A DNA stretch of 50,082 nt from Candidatus Sodaliphilus limicaballi (GTDB lineage: Bacteria > Bacteroidota > Bacteroidia > Bacteroidales > Muribaculaceae): positions 1 through 50,082 of the forward strand of contig JAGHSP010000256.1 in the NCBI GenBank assembly GCA_018065815.1. Direction: 5' to 3'. Numbering within the stretch: the stretch's first letter is position 1; each line of letters starts with the position of its first letter. Made by a program: the position numbers and the translations under genes. Under the pieces are notes generated by a model, which was given only the letters and a program-made list of their open reading frames with translations, ran no database searches and was not told the origin of the DNA. Below are positions 18,939-28,628 of the stretch, one piece after another.

Positions 18939-21080
18939 TTAGTTGTTTTCCCATTCTATGCCCTCGTAGTTGTCCTCGCTCACCTCACACAGCAGCACCT
19001 CGCTCTTGTCCTCCACAAGGGTCTGAACCTCGCTAAGCACCATGTAGCGACCCTCACTGGTGGCATCGGTCAAGGCGCGCATCTCATGCAGCAGACGCAC
19101 ACTGCCGCCCAGAGTCTGGTGTCGGCTGCCGTACTGGCTGTAGGCGGTCCCTATCAGCAGACGCTCCACGCGGTCGTTCACTCCGGCACGGCCCAGGGTG
19201 CGCACAGGTGAGGCGTTGCTGTCAAGCAGCACGCCCTTGCAGTTGGGCAGGAAACGGCGGGTTCCTGTAGTGCCCACGCTGGTGTCAATCTCGAGGGTCT
19301 CCTGAGCGGCACGCAACAGCCATGCGCTGTCCTCCACATCGTTCTGCTCGGTCTTGGTGCCGTCGGCTTTCACAATCTCGATGGTCGGGGCTTTATACAT
19401 CAGCCAGCGCAGACGCGAGTAGATGTCCTTCTCCTCACGCTTGTAGTCGAACTGGTACAGACCGCGGCCCACCTCAAGTTCAAGCCAGCCGGCCACAGGC
19501 GGCAGTTTGATGTACTCGCCCTCGCCCATCGCGGTGAACCGTTTGGGCAGGCCACCACGATAGTAGCCGATAATCGGGCGGTTCTTTTTCCAGCCGCCCA
19601 GGCCGCTCGCGCTCTTGCGGTCTTCCTGGTCATAGTAGCATAGCCACATGCAGCCCCAAGCGCCGTCACCGGCAACCCAGCCGCTGTTCTGTGCCGTATG
19701 CTCCCAGCCGTTGCTCTCCTGCACGCCGTTGTTCTCGTAGTGGTAAAGCACCGTGCCGTTGGCGTCACGAAGGCGGAGCATCACGGGGACGTAGGCGAAG
19801 TTCACCCAGTCTTTCAGGCGCTGCCAGTTGCCTTCCTCGTTCTCCTTGGCCTCGCTCTCGAAGGGGTTGTATCTCACGTCGGCGAGGACGCTCAGCGTCA
19901 CCTTCAACTGATGATAGATGCTGTTGCCTTGACCCACCCACACTCTGCCGCTGGTGATGATTGGCACGGCCACACATTGGCCGTTCTGCATCGCCCTGGG
20001 CATGCTGTTGTTGCAGTGCAGCGTGTTATAGCCATAGGCTGTGCTGCCGCGGTACGCCCACAACACACCAGCCTCGTCGCTGCCGCTCCACACGCTGTCT
20101 ATCCTGTACCACTTGGCGCCGTTCTGCAGGGTAAGGCCAAGGCCGTCCTGCTCGCCGTAGGTCAGCTTGAAACCCTCGGCGGCCTCATTCCAGTTGTTGC
20201 CGGTCATGAATGTAGTGGAGGCTACGCGGCCTTTCAGCACATCGTCATGGTCCACGCTGCCGTCGATCAGCTTGCTGTCACCGTATGGCGAGAAGGTCAC
20301 CTTCATATTGTTATATACTTTGTCAACGCCAAGCACGCCGTCATCGGCAAGCCACTCGACCTGGCGGGTGGGTGCCTTGGTGGCCAATGAGTGGAGGTCC
20401 TGGAGCCACAGCCTGCCGCCTTTCTGGGTAATCCGCAAGGCGAGAGGTTGAAGCACGGCTTCAAGAACCTCGCGCAAGGTCATCGCCTCGCCGTCCTCGT
20501 CATAGAAGTTGGCGGCATTGACTTTCAGGGTGGAGAGGTCTATCGGGGTGTCATCGTTGCCACTGCTGTAGGAGCACAGGGAGTGCTGCAGCTGCAAGCC
20601 GCTCACGTTCACACCGCACTCACTGATGCAGTGGTCTATCACACCTCGCACGGTCCACAGGCCCTCGCCGCTCCATTTCAAGCGGTCAAGCACAGCGAGG
20701 TCGCTGAAGGTCACGGCAACCTCATAGTCGCTCACCCAGGTGTAAGGCTCCTCATAGAGCTCGGTGTCAAGCACGCCGCTCCAGTACAACGAGCCGTTGC
20801 GGTACACGTCACAGCGCACCGTCCCCACCTCCACCTGCCACAGCCACAGGAACTCCCTGTCCCTCTCGCTCAGCAGGGTCAAAGTCAAGGAACTGCCAGC
20901 AACCGGGTCGAGCTTGCCCACCTCACCCCATTCTATCACCGCGGCACCATCGCGAAGCAGGGCCACGTCGCGGCGTTTGTCCAGCATGTCACCGAGGCTG
21001 CTCTTCACATGGATGTCCCACACGGTCTCGCGCTCGCTCCTGATCCTGGCGCTGTATATCGTTTGCATTGCTCTTGCCAT
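18939..21080 (-). CDS. Tail protein (distal tail/hub-like)
   Basis: 713 aa directly after the tape measure; YWSGVLDTELYEEPY. Confidence 0.65.
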   Translation of the reverse strand: MARAMQTIYSARIRSERETVWDIHVKSSLGDMLDKRRDVALLRDGAAVIEWGEVGKLDPVAGSSLTLTLLSERDREFLWLWQVEVGTVRCDVYRNGSLYWSGVLDTELYEEPYTWVSDYEVAVTFSDLAVLDRLKWSGEGLWTVRGVIDHCISECGVNVSGLQLQHSLCSYSSGNDDTPIDLSTLKVNAANFYDEDGEAMTLREVLEAVLQPLALRITQKGGRLWLQDLHSLATKAPTRQVEWLADDGVLGVDKVYNNMKVTFSPYGDSKLIDGSVDHDDVLKGRVASTTFMTGNNWNEAAEGFKLTYGEQDGLGLTLQNGAKWYRIDSVWSGSDEAGVLWAYRGSTAYGYNTLHCNNSMPRAMQNGQCVAVPIITSGRVWVGQGNSIYHQLKVTLSVLADVRYNPFESEAKENEEGNWQRLKDWVNFAYVPVMLRLRDANGTVLYHYENNGVQESNGWEHTAQNSGWVAGDGAWGCMWLCYYDQEDRKSASGLGGWKKNRPIIGYYRGGLPKRFTAMGEGEYIKLPPVAGWLELEVGRGLYQFDYKREEKDIYSRLRWLMYKAPTIEIVKADGTKTEQNDVEDSAWLLRAAQETLEIDTSVGTTGTRRFLPNCKGVLLDSNASPVRTLGRAGVNDRVERLLIGTAYSQYGSRHQTLGGSVRLLHEMRALTDATSEGRYMVLSEVQTLVEDKSEVLLCEVSEDNYEGIEWENN

Positions 21081-21098
21081 GGTCTCTCTGTTTAGTTG

Positions 21099-24000
21099 TT
21101 ATTTGGTGCGGGCTTGATGGGTGGTCTCTTTCTTCAAGATGCCCACCAGGGTGCGCCCCTCAATCTTGAACACAACGCGGCCTCCACCTAAACCGCCCAC
21201 ATCGGCAAGCATTCCTTTCAACTTGCTCAACGGGGCAACTACCTCGGGGTTATTGCTCGCTCCGGCATACTCACCGAACAAACCCAAAGTCGGACCGTAG
21301 GCCAGACAGCCGTCGGCAAACTTCGGCAAGGCGAAAAGCAGACCAAGCATCGTGGCCACCATGCCGGCACCGATGGCGATACCCACCCATGGTATGCTTG
21401 CATGGGCTTTCATGGTCTCGGCGGCAGCGGCGGCAACAGCACTGTTGGCTTCAACGATGTTGGCTTCGGCTACACTGGTGGTGGCACCCACCTCCATGGC
21501 CGCCCCTTCAGTGACAGTTGCTGCCTCAACAGCCTTAGCGGCTGTGTGGCCTTGTGTTGCCATGGTCAGCATCTGGATTATCTCGATGATGCCGGAAAAG
21601 GAGTCATACAACTGCAGCACACCGTCTATCACAGCCGTCACCTTCTGCCAGGCATCGCCGTTGCCTTTCAATGCGTCTGTGATGCCTTCAACGCTGTCTC
21701 CCACGCCTTTCAGACTCGACCAGCCTTTCTTCACTGTGTCCATCGACTTCACGCTCTCTTTGCGCCACTTCTCATATATCTTGATCAGTTCCTCGATGTC
21801 CTTCCGCTGAGCACCGGTCACGGGGTTCTCGGTGTCGCTCAACATCATCTGCAGGTCACGGATCTTCTCCGTCAAAGCGTCGAAGCCCATGCCGCTAACC
21901 TTCACACGATACTCGCGACCGCTCAAAGCATTCGTCGCATTGGCATCGCGCAACTGTTCCTGCAGGTCAGTTCCTCGCAGCATTGCCGCACGCTTGCGCT
22001 CTAATGCCGCAATCGTCTTGCCTATGTTGTCAACCTCCTCGCCAGTGGCTTTTTTCTGCTTGGCCTGATAGTAAGTGACGGCTTCATCAAGTTTCTCCAT
22101 CGTATCAAGCGTGGCAATCTCGCCTGGCTTCTTCAACTCGGCAAGAGCCTCATCCCAAGTCTGGCGCAACTCATTCAGCGCATTGATGCGTTGCTGTATG
22201 CTGGCACGGTCTTTCTCACTCGAGGTGTTGAGCAGGTCAGTATAATATGCGAGTTCCTTGTCAAGTTGCTCGTAGGTTGCAATCTCTTTTATGGCCAACT
22301 CCTTATGGCCAGAACGCTCCAAGGTCTTACGCAATCTTTCCAGCCTCTCAATCTCGGCATCTATTCCGCCTATCGTCTCGGCGGTGGCACGTTTGCGTAG
22401 GCTCTGCTGGTAAGTGATCTCAGCGTCGATGTCCTCCAATGATTTGAGTTGGGCGGGACGCTGCATCTCGGCGCGTTGCTGTTCCAGCTTGTCAATCTCG
22501 GCATCAATGCCGGCAATATTCTCTTTGTTGGCGTGCTTGCGCAGGGCTTGCTGGTATGCGAGGGCATCGTCGATGTCCTGGATGGTTTTCAGTTCCTCGG
22601 GAACCATCGCCTTCTTCTGCAGGGTCTCTATCAGGTCGAGTTCGGCACGGTAAGCGACAATCTTCTTGGCTATCTCTGCACGCTCGGTCTCGCTGGCATC
22701 GACATACTCGTTCTGCGCATCACTGATGAGCTTGTTGAGTTCCTGCTGGCGCGTCTTCTCCTTATCGGTGTTGGTGTTGTTTTTGTTCTTATCGCCCTTG
22801 GAGCTACCGCCTGATCCTGCGCCGCCACCTGTCGGCGGAGCCGGACGATTAGGGTTGCCCATGACTGGCATCTTAATGTTGCCACTCTCCTTAACAAGGG
22901 CTTGCATCTGACCTTTGAGGTTGTTAATGCGCTTGATATTGGCGTTATATGCCTCTTGGGCCTTCTGTTGGTCTGATTTATCGTACACCGTTTTAGAACC
23001 AGGATACCACTTGCCATCAGCATCGGTGTAACCATTATCCCAATCAACCTCTGTGTGGCTTTTTCTGGTGGTGCTATAATACCGCGTGGAGCCATCCTCA
23101 TTATGGGTGATGTCATAGTTTGCCTGCTCAGCTTGTGCAATCTGATTGGCGAGCATTCGGGTGCGAGCCTCGATGATCATCTGCTTGCAGTAAGCCTCAC
23201 TGTTGGCGACAAGAGCCTTGTACCAATCGGCAACACTGGAGAAATAGCCCATGGTTGCGCCATAGGTGTTGTTCAGTTCATCGACAATCTTCTTCTCGTC
23301 GGCTTTAGAACCTTTGAAGTCCTTGGTCTTGGCTATATTCATCTCCAGTTCTGCGCGGAGGTTCTCGAGGGTCTTCTTCTCTTGATCGCGCATTTGGTCG
23401 GCGGCCTCACTCTCACGCTTGGCTCGTTCCTCGGCATCTATGAGGCTGCGGGTCTTGTCATCCAGTTCGTCCGTCTCATCGCCAAGGCTGGAGAATAACG
23501 CCACCAAGCCGGTGATAACTGCCGAGAGTCCCATGGTGAGGGCGGCATAGAGTGCTATGGTGGCCACGGTCAACGCTGTGGTAGATACGGTAGCGGAACC
23601 TGTGGCAGCGGTCAGCATGTTACGGGCAACGGTGGAGATGCGCTCATGCAGGGTTGCCAAGGCGGTAGCCGCTGCACCTGAACGTTGAGCCACTGCAAAG
23701 GATCTAATAGCTGCCGTCGCGGTTCCGAGGGCTTTGCCGAGCAACATGATGCCGGTTATTGCCTGCCCACCGATGGCTATAAATGTAAGGTACGGCTGTA
23801 TGGTGCTGGCAATACTACCCGCCCAGTCAAACATCGTGCTGAGCTGGTTACGCAGCATCTGGGTGACGCTCTCACCACTGCCAGCCATATTCTCGAAGGC
23901 TTGCTCAATGGTGCCCTCGCTGCCAGCCATCGCGTCAACGTTCTCGCTGAACTTGCTGGCGAGCTCACCGGTCAACGGGGTGAGAGCACGCAACGACTCA

Positions 24001-24923
24001 GCACTACCGAACAACTTGCCGTATATTTCCTCCTTGAGCATGTTGTGGGCACTGGCATACTTGGTGATGTCGGCATCCAACTGGGTCAAGAAGTTGCGCA
24101 TACCACCTTGTGCACGGATGGCGGCTGCATCAAACTGGATGCCCATCTCCTGCGCCATCTTGGTCGCTTCACTCGATGGTTTGACAAGAGCGGTGAAAAC
24201 AGCGGCAAGTTGGGTGCTGACTTCGGCGGTGTTACCAGATACACCGGTAAGGGTTGCAAAAGTGGCCATCAATTCATCGATACTCACGCCAAGCGTGGCA
24301 GCGTTACCGCTCACACGAGGCAAGGCAGCCGCCAACTGCTCGAAACTGGTCACACCGTTCTTGGCGGTCATCTGTATCTTATCCTGAATCTCTCCTGCTT
24401 TATCCCACTCGAGACCATAGTTCTTAATGATGGTGCTGGTGACGGTAACAGTTTGACCAAGGTCGGCGATACCACCCACACTGGCTTTAGCACTCTGCTC
24501 AAGAAATGCTATCCAGTTATTTTCAGGGACTCCGTTACTGATGACCTGGTACAAACCGGCAGACAACTCCTCTTTGGTCTTGGGTATCTCATTGCCAAGT
24601 GCGGCAACCTGGTCTTTAAGTTTGCCCAAGTCCTCAGCATTCTTGCCGGCCATCGTGTTCACGGCTCGCATTCCTTTGTCAAATGAGTTCCAGTCATCGG
24701 CAAGGCCATTTACGGACGAGCATAGACGATCGACCACATTGGTAAGCGCATCAACCATCATGCTGGTAGATGCCAATGAGGTCATCTTCTCCGCACTCAG
24801 CTTCGCCTCTTTGCCAACCTCAACAAGCGCGTCACGAAGTTCACCTGTACTTACAGTCACATCATGAAGCACCTTCTGACCATTGGTTTCAAGTTCAATC
24901 TTGAATTTTACCGTCTTGTCCAT
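21099..24923 (-). CDS. Tail tape measure protein (TP901-type core)
   Basis: 1274 aa, Ala-rich and helical; GVTSFEQLAAALPRV core; C-terminal helical repeats; follows the tail chaperones. Confidence 0.92.
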   Translation of the reverse strand: MDKTVKFKIELETNGQKVLHDVTVSTGELRDALVEVGKEAKLSAEKMTSLASTSMMVDALTNVVDRLCSSVNGLADDWNSFDKGMRAVNTMAGKNAEDLGKLKDQVAALGNEIPKTKEELSAGLYQVISNGVPENNWIAFLEQSAKASVGGIADLGQTVTVTSTIIKNYGLEWDKAGEIQDKIQMTAKNGVTSFEQLAAALPRVSGNAATLGVSIDELMATFATLTGVSGNTAEVSTQLAAVFTALVKPSSEATKMAQEMGIQFDAAAIRAQGGMRNFLTQLDADITKYASAHNMLKEEIYGKLFGSAESLRALTPLTGELASKFSENVDAMAGSEGTIEQAFENMAGSGESVTQMLRNQLSTMFDWAGSIASTIQPYLTFIAIGGQAITGIMLLGKALGTATAAIRSFAVAQRSGAAATALATLHERISTVARNMLTAATGSATVSTTALTVATIALYAALTMGLSAVITGLVALFSSLGDETDELDDKTRSLIDAEERAKRESEAADQMRDQEKKTLENLRAELEMNIAKTKDFKGSKADEKKIVDELNNTYGATMGYFSSVADWYKALVANSEAYCKQMIIEARTRMLANQIAQAEQANYDITHNEDGSTRYYSTTRKSHTEVDWDNGYTDADGKWYPGSKTVYDKSDQQKAQEAYNANIKRINNLKGQMQALVKESGNIKMPVMGNPNRPAPPTGGGAGSGGSSKGDKNKNNTNTDKEKTRQQELNKLISDAQNEYVDASETERAEIAKKIVAYRAELDLIETLQKKAMVPEELKTIQDIDDALAYQQALRKHANKENIAGIDAEIDKLEQQRAEMQRPAQLKSLEDIDAEITYQQSLRKRATAETIGGIDAEIERLERLRKTLERSGHKELAIKEIATYEQLDKELAYYTDLLNTSSEKDRASIQQRINALNELRQTWDEALAELKKPGEIATLDTMEKLDEAVTYYQAKQKKATGEEVDNIGKTIAALERKRAAMLRGTDLQEQLRDANATNALSGREYRVKVSGMGFDALTEKIRDLQMMLSDTENPVTGAQRKDIEELIKIYEKWRKESVKSMDTVKKGWSSLKGVGDSVEGITDALKGNGDAWQKVTAVIDGVLQLYDSFSGIIEIIQMLTMATQGHTAAKAVEAATVTEGAAMEVGATTSVAEANIVEANSAVAAAAAETMKAHASIPWVGIAIGAGMVATMLGLLFALPKFADGCLAYGPTLGLFGEYAGASNNPEVVAPLSKLKGMLADVGGLGGGRVVFKIEGRTLVGILKKETTHQARTK

Positions 24924-24954
24924 TTTGTCATTTCAATTAAACTTTGTATATTTG
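24924..24954 (+). promoter_or_regulatory. Bacteroidetes primary-sigma promoter
   Basis: TTTG (24924)-N19-TATATTTG (24947-24954), full consensus. Confidence 0.75.
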
Positions 24955-24986
24955 CACCAGTCAAAACAATGTAAAGCATTATCGAC

Positions 24987-25106
24987 ATGGGTCCATATAT
25001 TGCCATATTATGTATGATTGTTGGCGGTATCCTTGGCTATTTCATTTTCAAAGGCCAATGGGATGAGGCTGAACACGGGAAACGTCACGGCAAAGAGCAC
25101 CGTTAA
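24987..25106 (+). CDS. 39-aa single-pass membrane peptide (moron), not in the ORF track
   Basis: MGPYIAILCMIVGGILGYFIFKGQWDEAEHGKRHGKEHR*, with its own consensus promoter, antisense to the tail operon. Confidence 0.65.
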   Translation: MGPYIAILCMIVGGILGYFIFKGQWDEAEHGKRHGKEHR

Positions 25107-25384
25107 CCGATGCCGTATCGCCTCTTCGCTGCCTCATAACGCGCACGCTGCTCCTCGGCACTCAGTTGCCGCTCGGGCGGCGTTTCTTGTTTCTTCTCCC
25201 ATGGGAACACGCACACGTCCTCTGCCTTGAGTTGTTTCTTGCTCCACGGCTGCAACATGCACACCGCCAACCAGCGGCTGCGCTCCCACTCGCCGCGCTC
25301 GACAGTCTCAGCACGCTTGCGCCACTGCTCGGCCACCTGCCAAAACTCAGCCGGGGTGCACCGGGCAAAGTCATCAATGCTCAT
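25103..25384 (-). CDS. Tail assembly chaperone, frameshifted C-terminal part (gpT-like)
   Basis: Frame is open back to the A9 slippery run at 25452-25460; lies just before the tape measure. Confidence 0.75.
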   Translation of the reverse strand: MSIDDFARCTPAEFWQVAEQWRKRAETVERGEWERSRWLAVCMLQPWSKKQLKAEDVCVFPWEKKQETPPERQLSAEEQRARYEAAKRRYGIG

Positions 25385-25428
25385 CCCGATGCACCCCAGC
25401 GCAAGTCCTAACAGTTCCTCGATGTCGG

Positions 25429-25734
25429 CTACTTCGCCGCCTTCTTCACCGTTTTTTTTTCAGCGCCCGAAGCCATGCTGGCATAGAAGGAGTTCATCTC
25501 CTGGGCATCCAGCGAGTCGGCAAACTCCTCAAGAGTCAGCCCAAACTCCACACCGTCGGCCTTGCATGCGCTCAGCACGCACAGGTACAGCAGCGTCAGC
25601 AGTTCCTCCATGTCACCCTCGTTCAGGGCACTCACGTCATGTCCGGTCTCGCGCTTGAAGCGGAGCAGCGCACCCATGGTCACGCGGCACGGATATTCCT
25701 TGCCTCCTATGATAATCTTGGTCTTCATAGTCAT
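25429..25734 (-). CDS. Tail assembly chaperone (lambda gpG-like)
   Basis: 101 aa between tail tube and tape measure, ends in the EKKT slippery region. Confidence 0.8.
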   Translation of the reverse strand: MTMKTKIIIGGKEYPCRVTMGALLRFKRETGHDVSALNEGDMEELLTLLYLCVLSACKADGVEFGLTLEEFADSLDAQEMNSFYASMASGAEKKTVKKAAK

Positions 25735-26180
25735 TAACCGTTACTGCCAGCGGGCACATGAGGCGTGATGGCGCCACTGTTCTCGAGTGTGATGCTGTAC
25801 TTCTCGTCGTCGCCGGCCTGGCCGTCGTTCTCCAATGAGGTGATGACATAGTCGCCCTCGTAATACTTGGTGTTCTCCTCGCCGCGGTACGCGTAGCGGG
25901 CCTTGACGGGCTTGGCGGCAAGCCAGGCCTCTTTCAGGGTGGGCAAGCCCACCTTCTGCGCTGCATCGTCACCATCGTACACAAAGCCGTCGGCCTGGAT
26001 GCTCTCGGCAAGGCTCTTGATATATTTCTCTTTCCACTTGCCGCTTGACGCTTCTTTAGTCACGCGCTCGCCAGTCTCGCTCGAGTCGCTGATCTTGCAA
26101 CCGGTAGAGTGGCCTAAGGGCAAGAACGTCTCGTCAATGACAAAGCCCAAAATCAGGTCGGTTCCATCTCTGTATGCCAT
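25734..26180 (-). CDS. Major tail tube protein
   Basis: 148 aa, TP901-like tube pattern (YEGDYVITSLE...YSITLENSG). Confidence 0.8.
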   Translation of the reverse strand: MAYRDGTDLILGFVIDETFLPLGHSTGCKISDSSETGERVTKEASSGKWKEKYIKSLAESIQADGFVYDGDDAAQKVGLPTLKEAWLAAKPVKARYAYRGEENTKYYEGDYVITSLENDGQAGDDEKYSITLENSGAITPHVPAGSNG

Positions 26181-26186
26181 AATTAT

Positions 26187-26756
26187 TTACTGTTTTATTC
26201 GTTTAACAAATTTGATTATCGCTTTGATGCGGCCCAGCAACAGGCCGATTATAATACCGGTGAAAAGCCATTTTAACGCCGTTTTAATGCCGTTGGGAGA
26301 CTTCTCTTTCACTTCCTCGCTCTGCTCGGCATAAAGCCGGTAGCCGGCATCGGCCAGTGCGTCAATCGCTCGCTGCTGGGTCGCAATGGTCTGCTCATAA
26401 CGCTCGCACTGCAGCTGAAGGCTGTCACACGTAGCCTCCACGACTATCACCTCTGGCTTGCCGTCGGTGGCAGCCCTGCGCTGCACGTTCACGTTGGCTT
26501 GACCGCTGCGGCCCGTCCAACTCGCGCCCTCGGGCAACCGCAGGAGGCTGTCCTTCACTATCGTCACCGTCACCTTGCTCTCGGGAACGGTCACGGCTTG
26601 CTGACGCACCACGGTCACCTCCCTTGTGCTGTCCATCACCGTGCGTTCCACCTTTTGGCGGGTCTCTACGGTCTGGCTTGCGCTCTGGGCCTTTTTGCTG
26701 GTACTGCATGCGCCTAAGCACAGGGCAGTTATCACTATACTTGCAACAGTTGGCAT
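26187..26756 (-). CDS. Lipoprotein, putative o-spanin
   Basis: Start MPTVASIVITALCLGAC with a lipobox; overlaps the upstream gene in another frame; C-terminal hydrophobic helix. Confidence 0.6.
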   Translation of the reverse strand: MPTVASIVITALCLGACSTSKKAQSASQTVETRQKVERTVMDSTREVTVVRQQAVTVPESKVTVTIVKDSLLRLPEGASWTGRSGQANVNVQRRAATDGKPEVIVVEATCDSLQLQCERYEQTIATQQRAIDALADAGYRLYAEQSEEVKEKSPNGIKTALKWLFTGIIIGLLLGRIKAIIKFVKRIKQ

Positions 26757-27033
26757 CGTCAATCGCCTTGCGAAGACGCGCCATTTCGCGCTTCGTCGCG
26801 CCGAGGTCTCTGCGGGTCGCATCTAATTCTTGTCTTAATGGTTCAACAATATTCTTCACCAATATGCTCGTGGCCTGCTCGGTGTTGGTGATGTTCACCG
26901 TGTTGGCCTCAGCCTTGGCTTTCTCGGCCTCAGCATTGGCCTTGCGCAGGGTGCTGCGCAGGGTCACGATGGCGATGATGGTGGCGGCAAGACCGCCCCC
27001 AAGAATGACATTCAACACTTCGCTCCAGTCCAT
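26425..27033 (-). CDS. N-terminal TM plus coiled-coil lysis protein (holin or i-spanin-like)
   Basis: TM segment VLNVILGGGLAATIIAIVTL then coiled coil; follows the endolysin. Confidence 0.6.
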   Translation of the reverse strand: MDWSEVLNVILGGGLAATIIAIVTLRSTLRKANAEAEKAKAEANTVNITNTEQATSILVKNIVEPLRQELDATRRDLGATKREMARLRKAIDDANCCKYSDNCPVLRRMQYQQKGPERKPDRRDPPKGGTHGDGQHKGGDRGASASRDRSREQGDGDDSEGQPPAVARGRELDGPQRSSQRERAAQGCHRRQARGDSRGGYV

Positions 27034-27056
27034 CGTTTATCGGTTTTTATTCGGTT

Positions 27057-27530
27057 TCACTTCTGGTCGATGCCTATCTCTTTGAGCCACTTGGGCACAT
27101 CGAAACTCGGACACGCCTTGTTGGCCACCTGGTAGTGGCCGATGATCTTCACTTGCGGGAACTTCTTGTGGAAGTCCAGCACATACTTCTTGAGGGCCTC
27201 CTTTTGGGCTGCAGTGCGGGTGTCCTTGGCTTTCTTTCTGTTATTGGCATCCACACCGCCCACATACACCACATGGCGGCTCACCGCATTGTAGCCTTTG
27301 GCTCCGTTGGTGATCTCCCATGGGTCAACCCAGGCATCCTCGTTGTTGTTCACCAGGCGCTCAACCTTGCCGTCAAGGTGAATCATGTCGGTGTAACCTA
27401 CCTGCTTCCACCCCCGCCCCTTGGGCTCGGGGTCAGTGTGCCAGTGACGGATCTCACTGGAAGTGACCTCGCGCCCTTCGGGAGTGGCGGTGCAATGAAG
27501 CACAAGGTATAGCAACTGTTTACGTGGCAT
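27057..27530 (-). CDS. Endolysin, N-acetylmuramoyl-L-alanine amidase (Amidase_2)
   Basis: LVLHCTAT, GWKQVGY, IIGH and KACPSFDV zinc ligands. Confidence 0.92.
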   Translation of the reverse strand: MPRKQLLYLVLHCTATPEGREVTSSEIRHWHTDPEPKGRGWKQVGYTDMIHLDGKVERLVNNNEDAWVDPWEITNGAKGYNAVSRHVVYVGGVDANNRKKAKDTRTAAQKEALKKYVLDFHKKFPQVKIIGHYQVANKACPSFDVPKWLKEIGIDQK

Positions 27531-27532
27531 GA

Positions 27533-28600
27533 TTAGGAGGCTTGGTAACCGCTGCACATCACCACACCGGCATCGGCCTTTTTGGGCATGCAGATGAAGT
27601 AGTGGCGGAAGTTAATCTTGTTACGCTGGTACTCGGGATCGGTCGAGGCCTCGCTGTAGTACATCTTGGTCGAGCCGGTGCACTTGAACACGCGGGGGGT
27701 GTAGAAGGCAAACGAGCACTGGAACTCGCCGGTACTGGCGGCGGCACCCACATCTTTCTTTGTGCCTGCAGTGGTGTACAGCGGGTTATTGGCAAACTCG
27801 TAGATGTCGAAACCGAACAGACGGCCAACAGTGCCGTCGGCGCGGTTGATGTTGTATTGCTCCTTGAATGCCTGGCTGGTCTCGAGTAAGTCATTCACAT
27901 GGTCGGTACACAGCACCAGACGGCGGTTCTGCGAGGGCACCTTCAACTTGTCGAGCGAGCGTTTCATGTTGATGACATCCTGGACGGTGAGTTTCAGGCG
28001 ACCGGTGTCGGCATCACGCTCGCCAGTGGTCACGAGCACGGGAGTTGTCGCACTGTTCTGTGTGGCACACAGCGCATGGGCGGCCTTGGCAAACTTGGCA
28101 TCATTGATGGCGTTGCCGTGACTCTCCTTGACACGGGCCATCTTGTCATAACTCAGGGCATATAACTCATCGTCGGTGATGGGGGTCACCTTGCTCTGGA
28201 ACTTGTCGAGGCTGATGGTGATGTCAGTGTCGTTGAGTGCCTGCAAGGGGATGGGATAGGTGGTATTGTTAACCAGCACATCGGGGTCAACGCCCACATC
28301 AACGAGATGGATAACATCGTTCTCGGCAAGCGACGAGGCATCGGGGATGCCGTCAAGGAAGGTGGCCTCAAGGCCACGGCGCAGGTACTTGACCAGTTCA
28401 CCGGTCCACACCTCGGTCAGCACACCGGCACGCAAGGCTCCGGCAGGAGCCAGATTGAACAGGCCGCACACTGCGGCAACACCATTGGCGCCAATCGCGC
28501 CGGTCACGGGATCAATGCCCACGGCACCGCCCATGGTGGCTCCCATCACGCTGTTGAACACCAGCGACATCAGGAGCATGAAAATCATTTTCAACTTCAT
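27533..28600 (-). CDS. Major capsid protein
   Basis: 355 aa right after protease/scaffold; VGRLFGFDIYE. Confidence 0.75.
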   Translation of the reverse strand: MKLKMIFMLLMSLVFNSVMGATMGGAVGIDPVTGAIGANGVAAVCGLFNLAPAGALRAGVLTEVWTGELVKYLRRGLEATFLDGIPDASSLAENDVIHLVDVGVDPDVLVNNTTYPIPLQALNDTDITISLDKFQSKVTPITDDELYALSYDKMARVKESHGNAINDAKFAKAAHALCATQNSATTPVLVTTGERDADTGRLKLTVQDVINMKRSLDKLKVPSQNRRLVLCTDHVNDLLETSQAFKEQYNINRADGTVGRLFGFDIYEFANNPLYTTAGTKKDVGAAASTGEFQCSFAFYTPRVFKCTGSTKMYYSEASTDPEYQRNKINFRHYFICMPKKADAGVVMCSGYQAS

Positions 28601-28628
28601 GTTTCAATATTCTTAAATGGTTTGTAAC

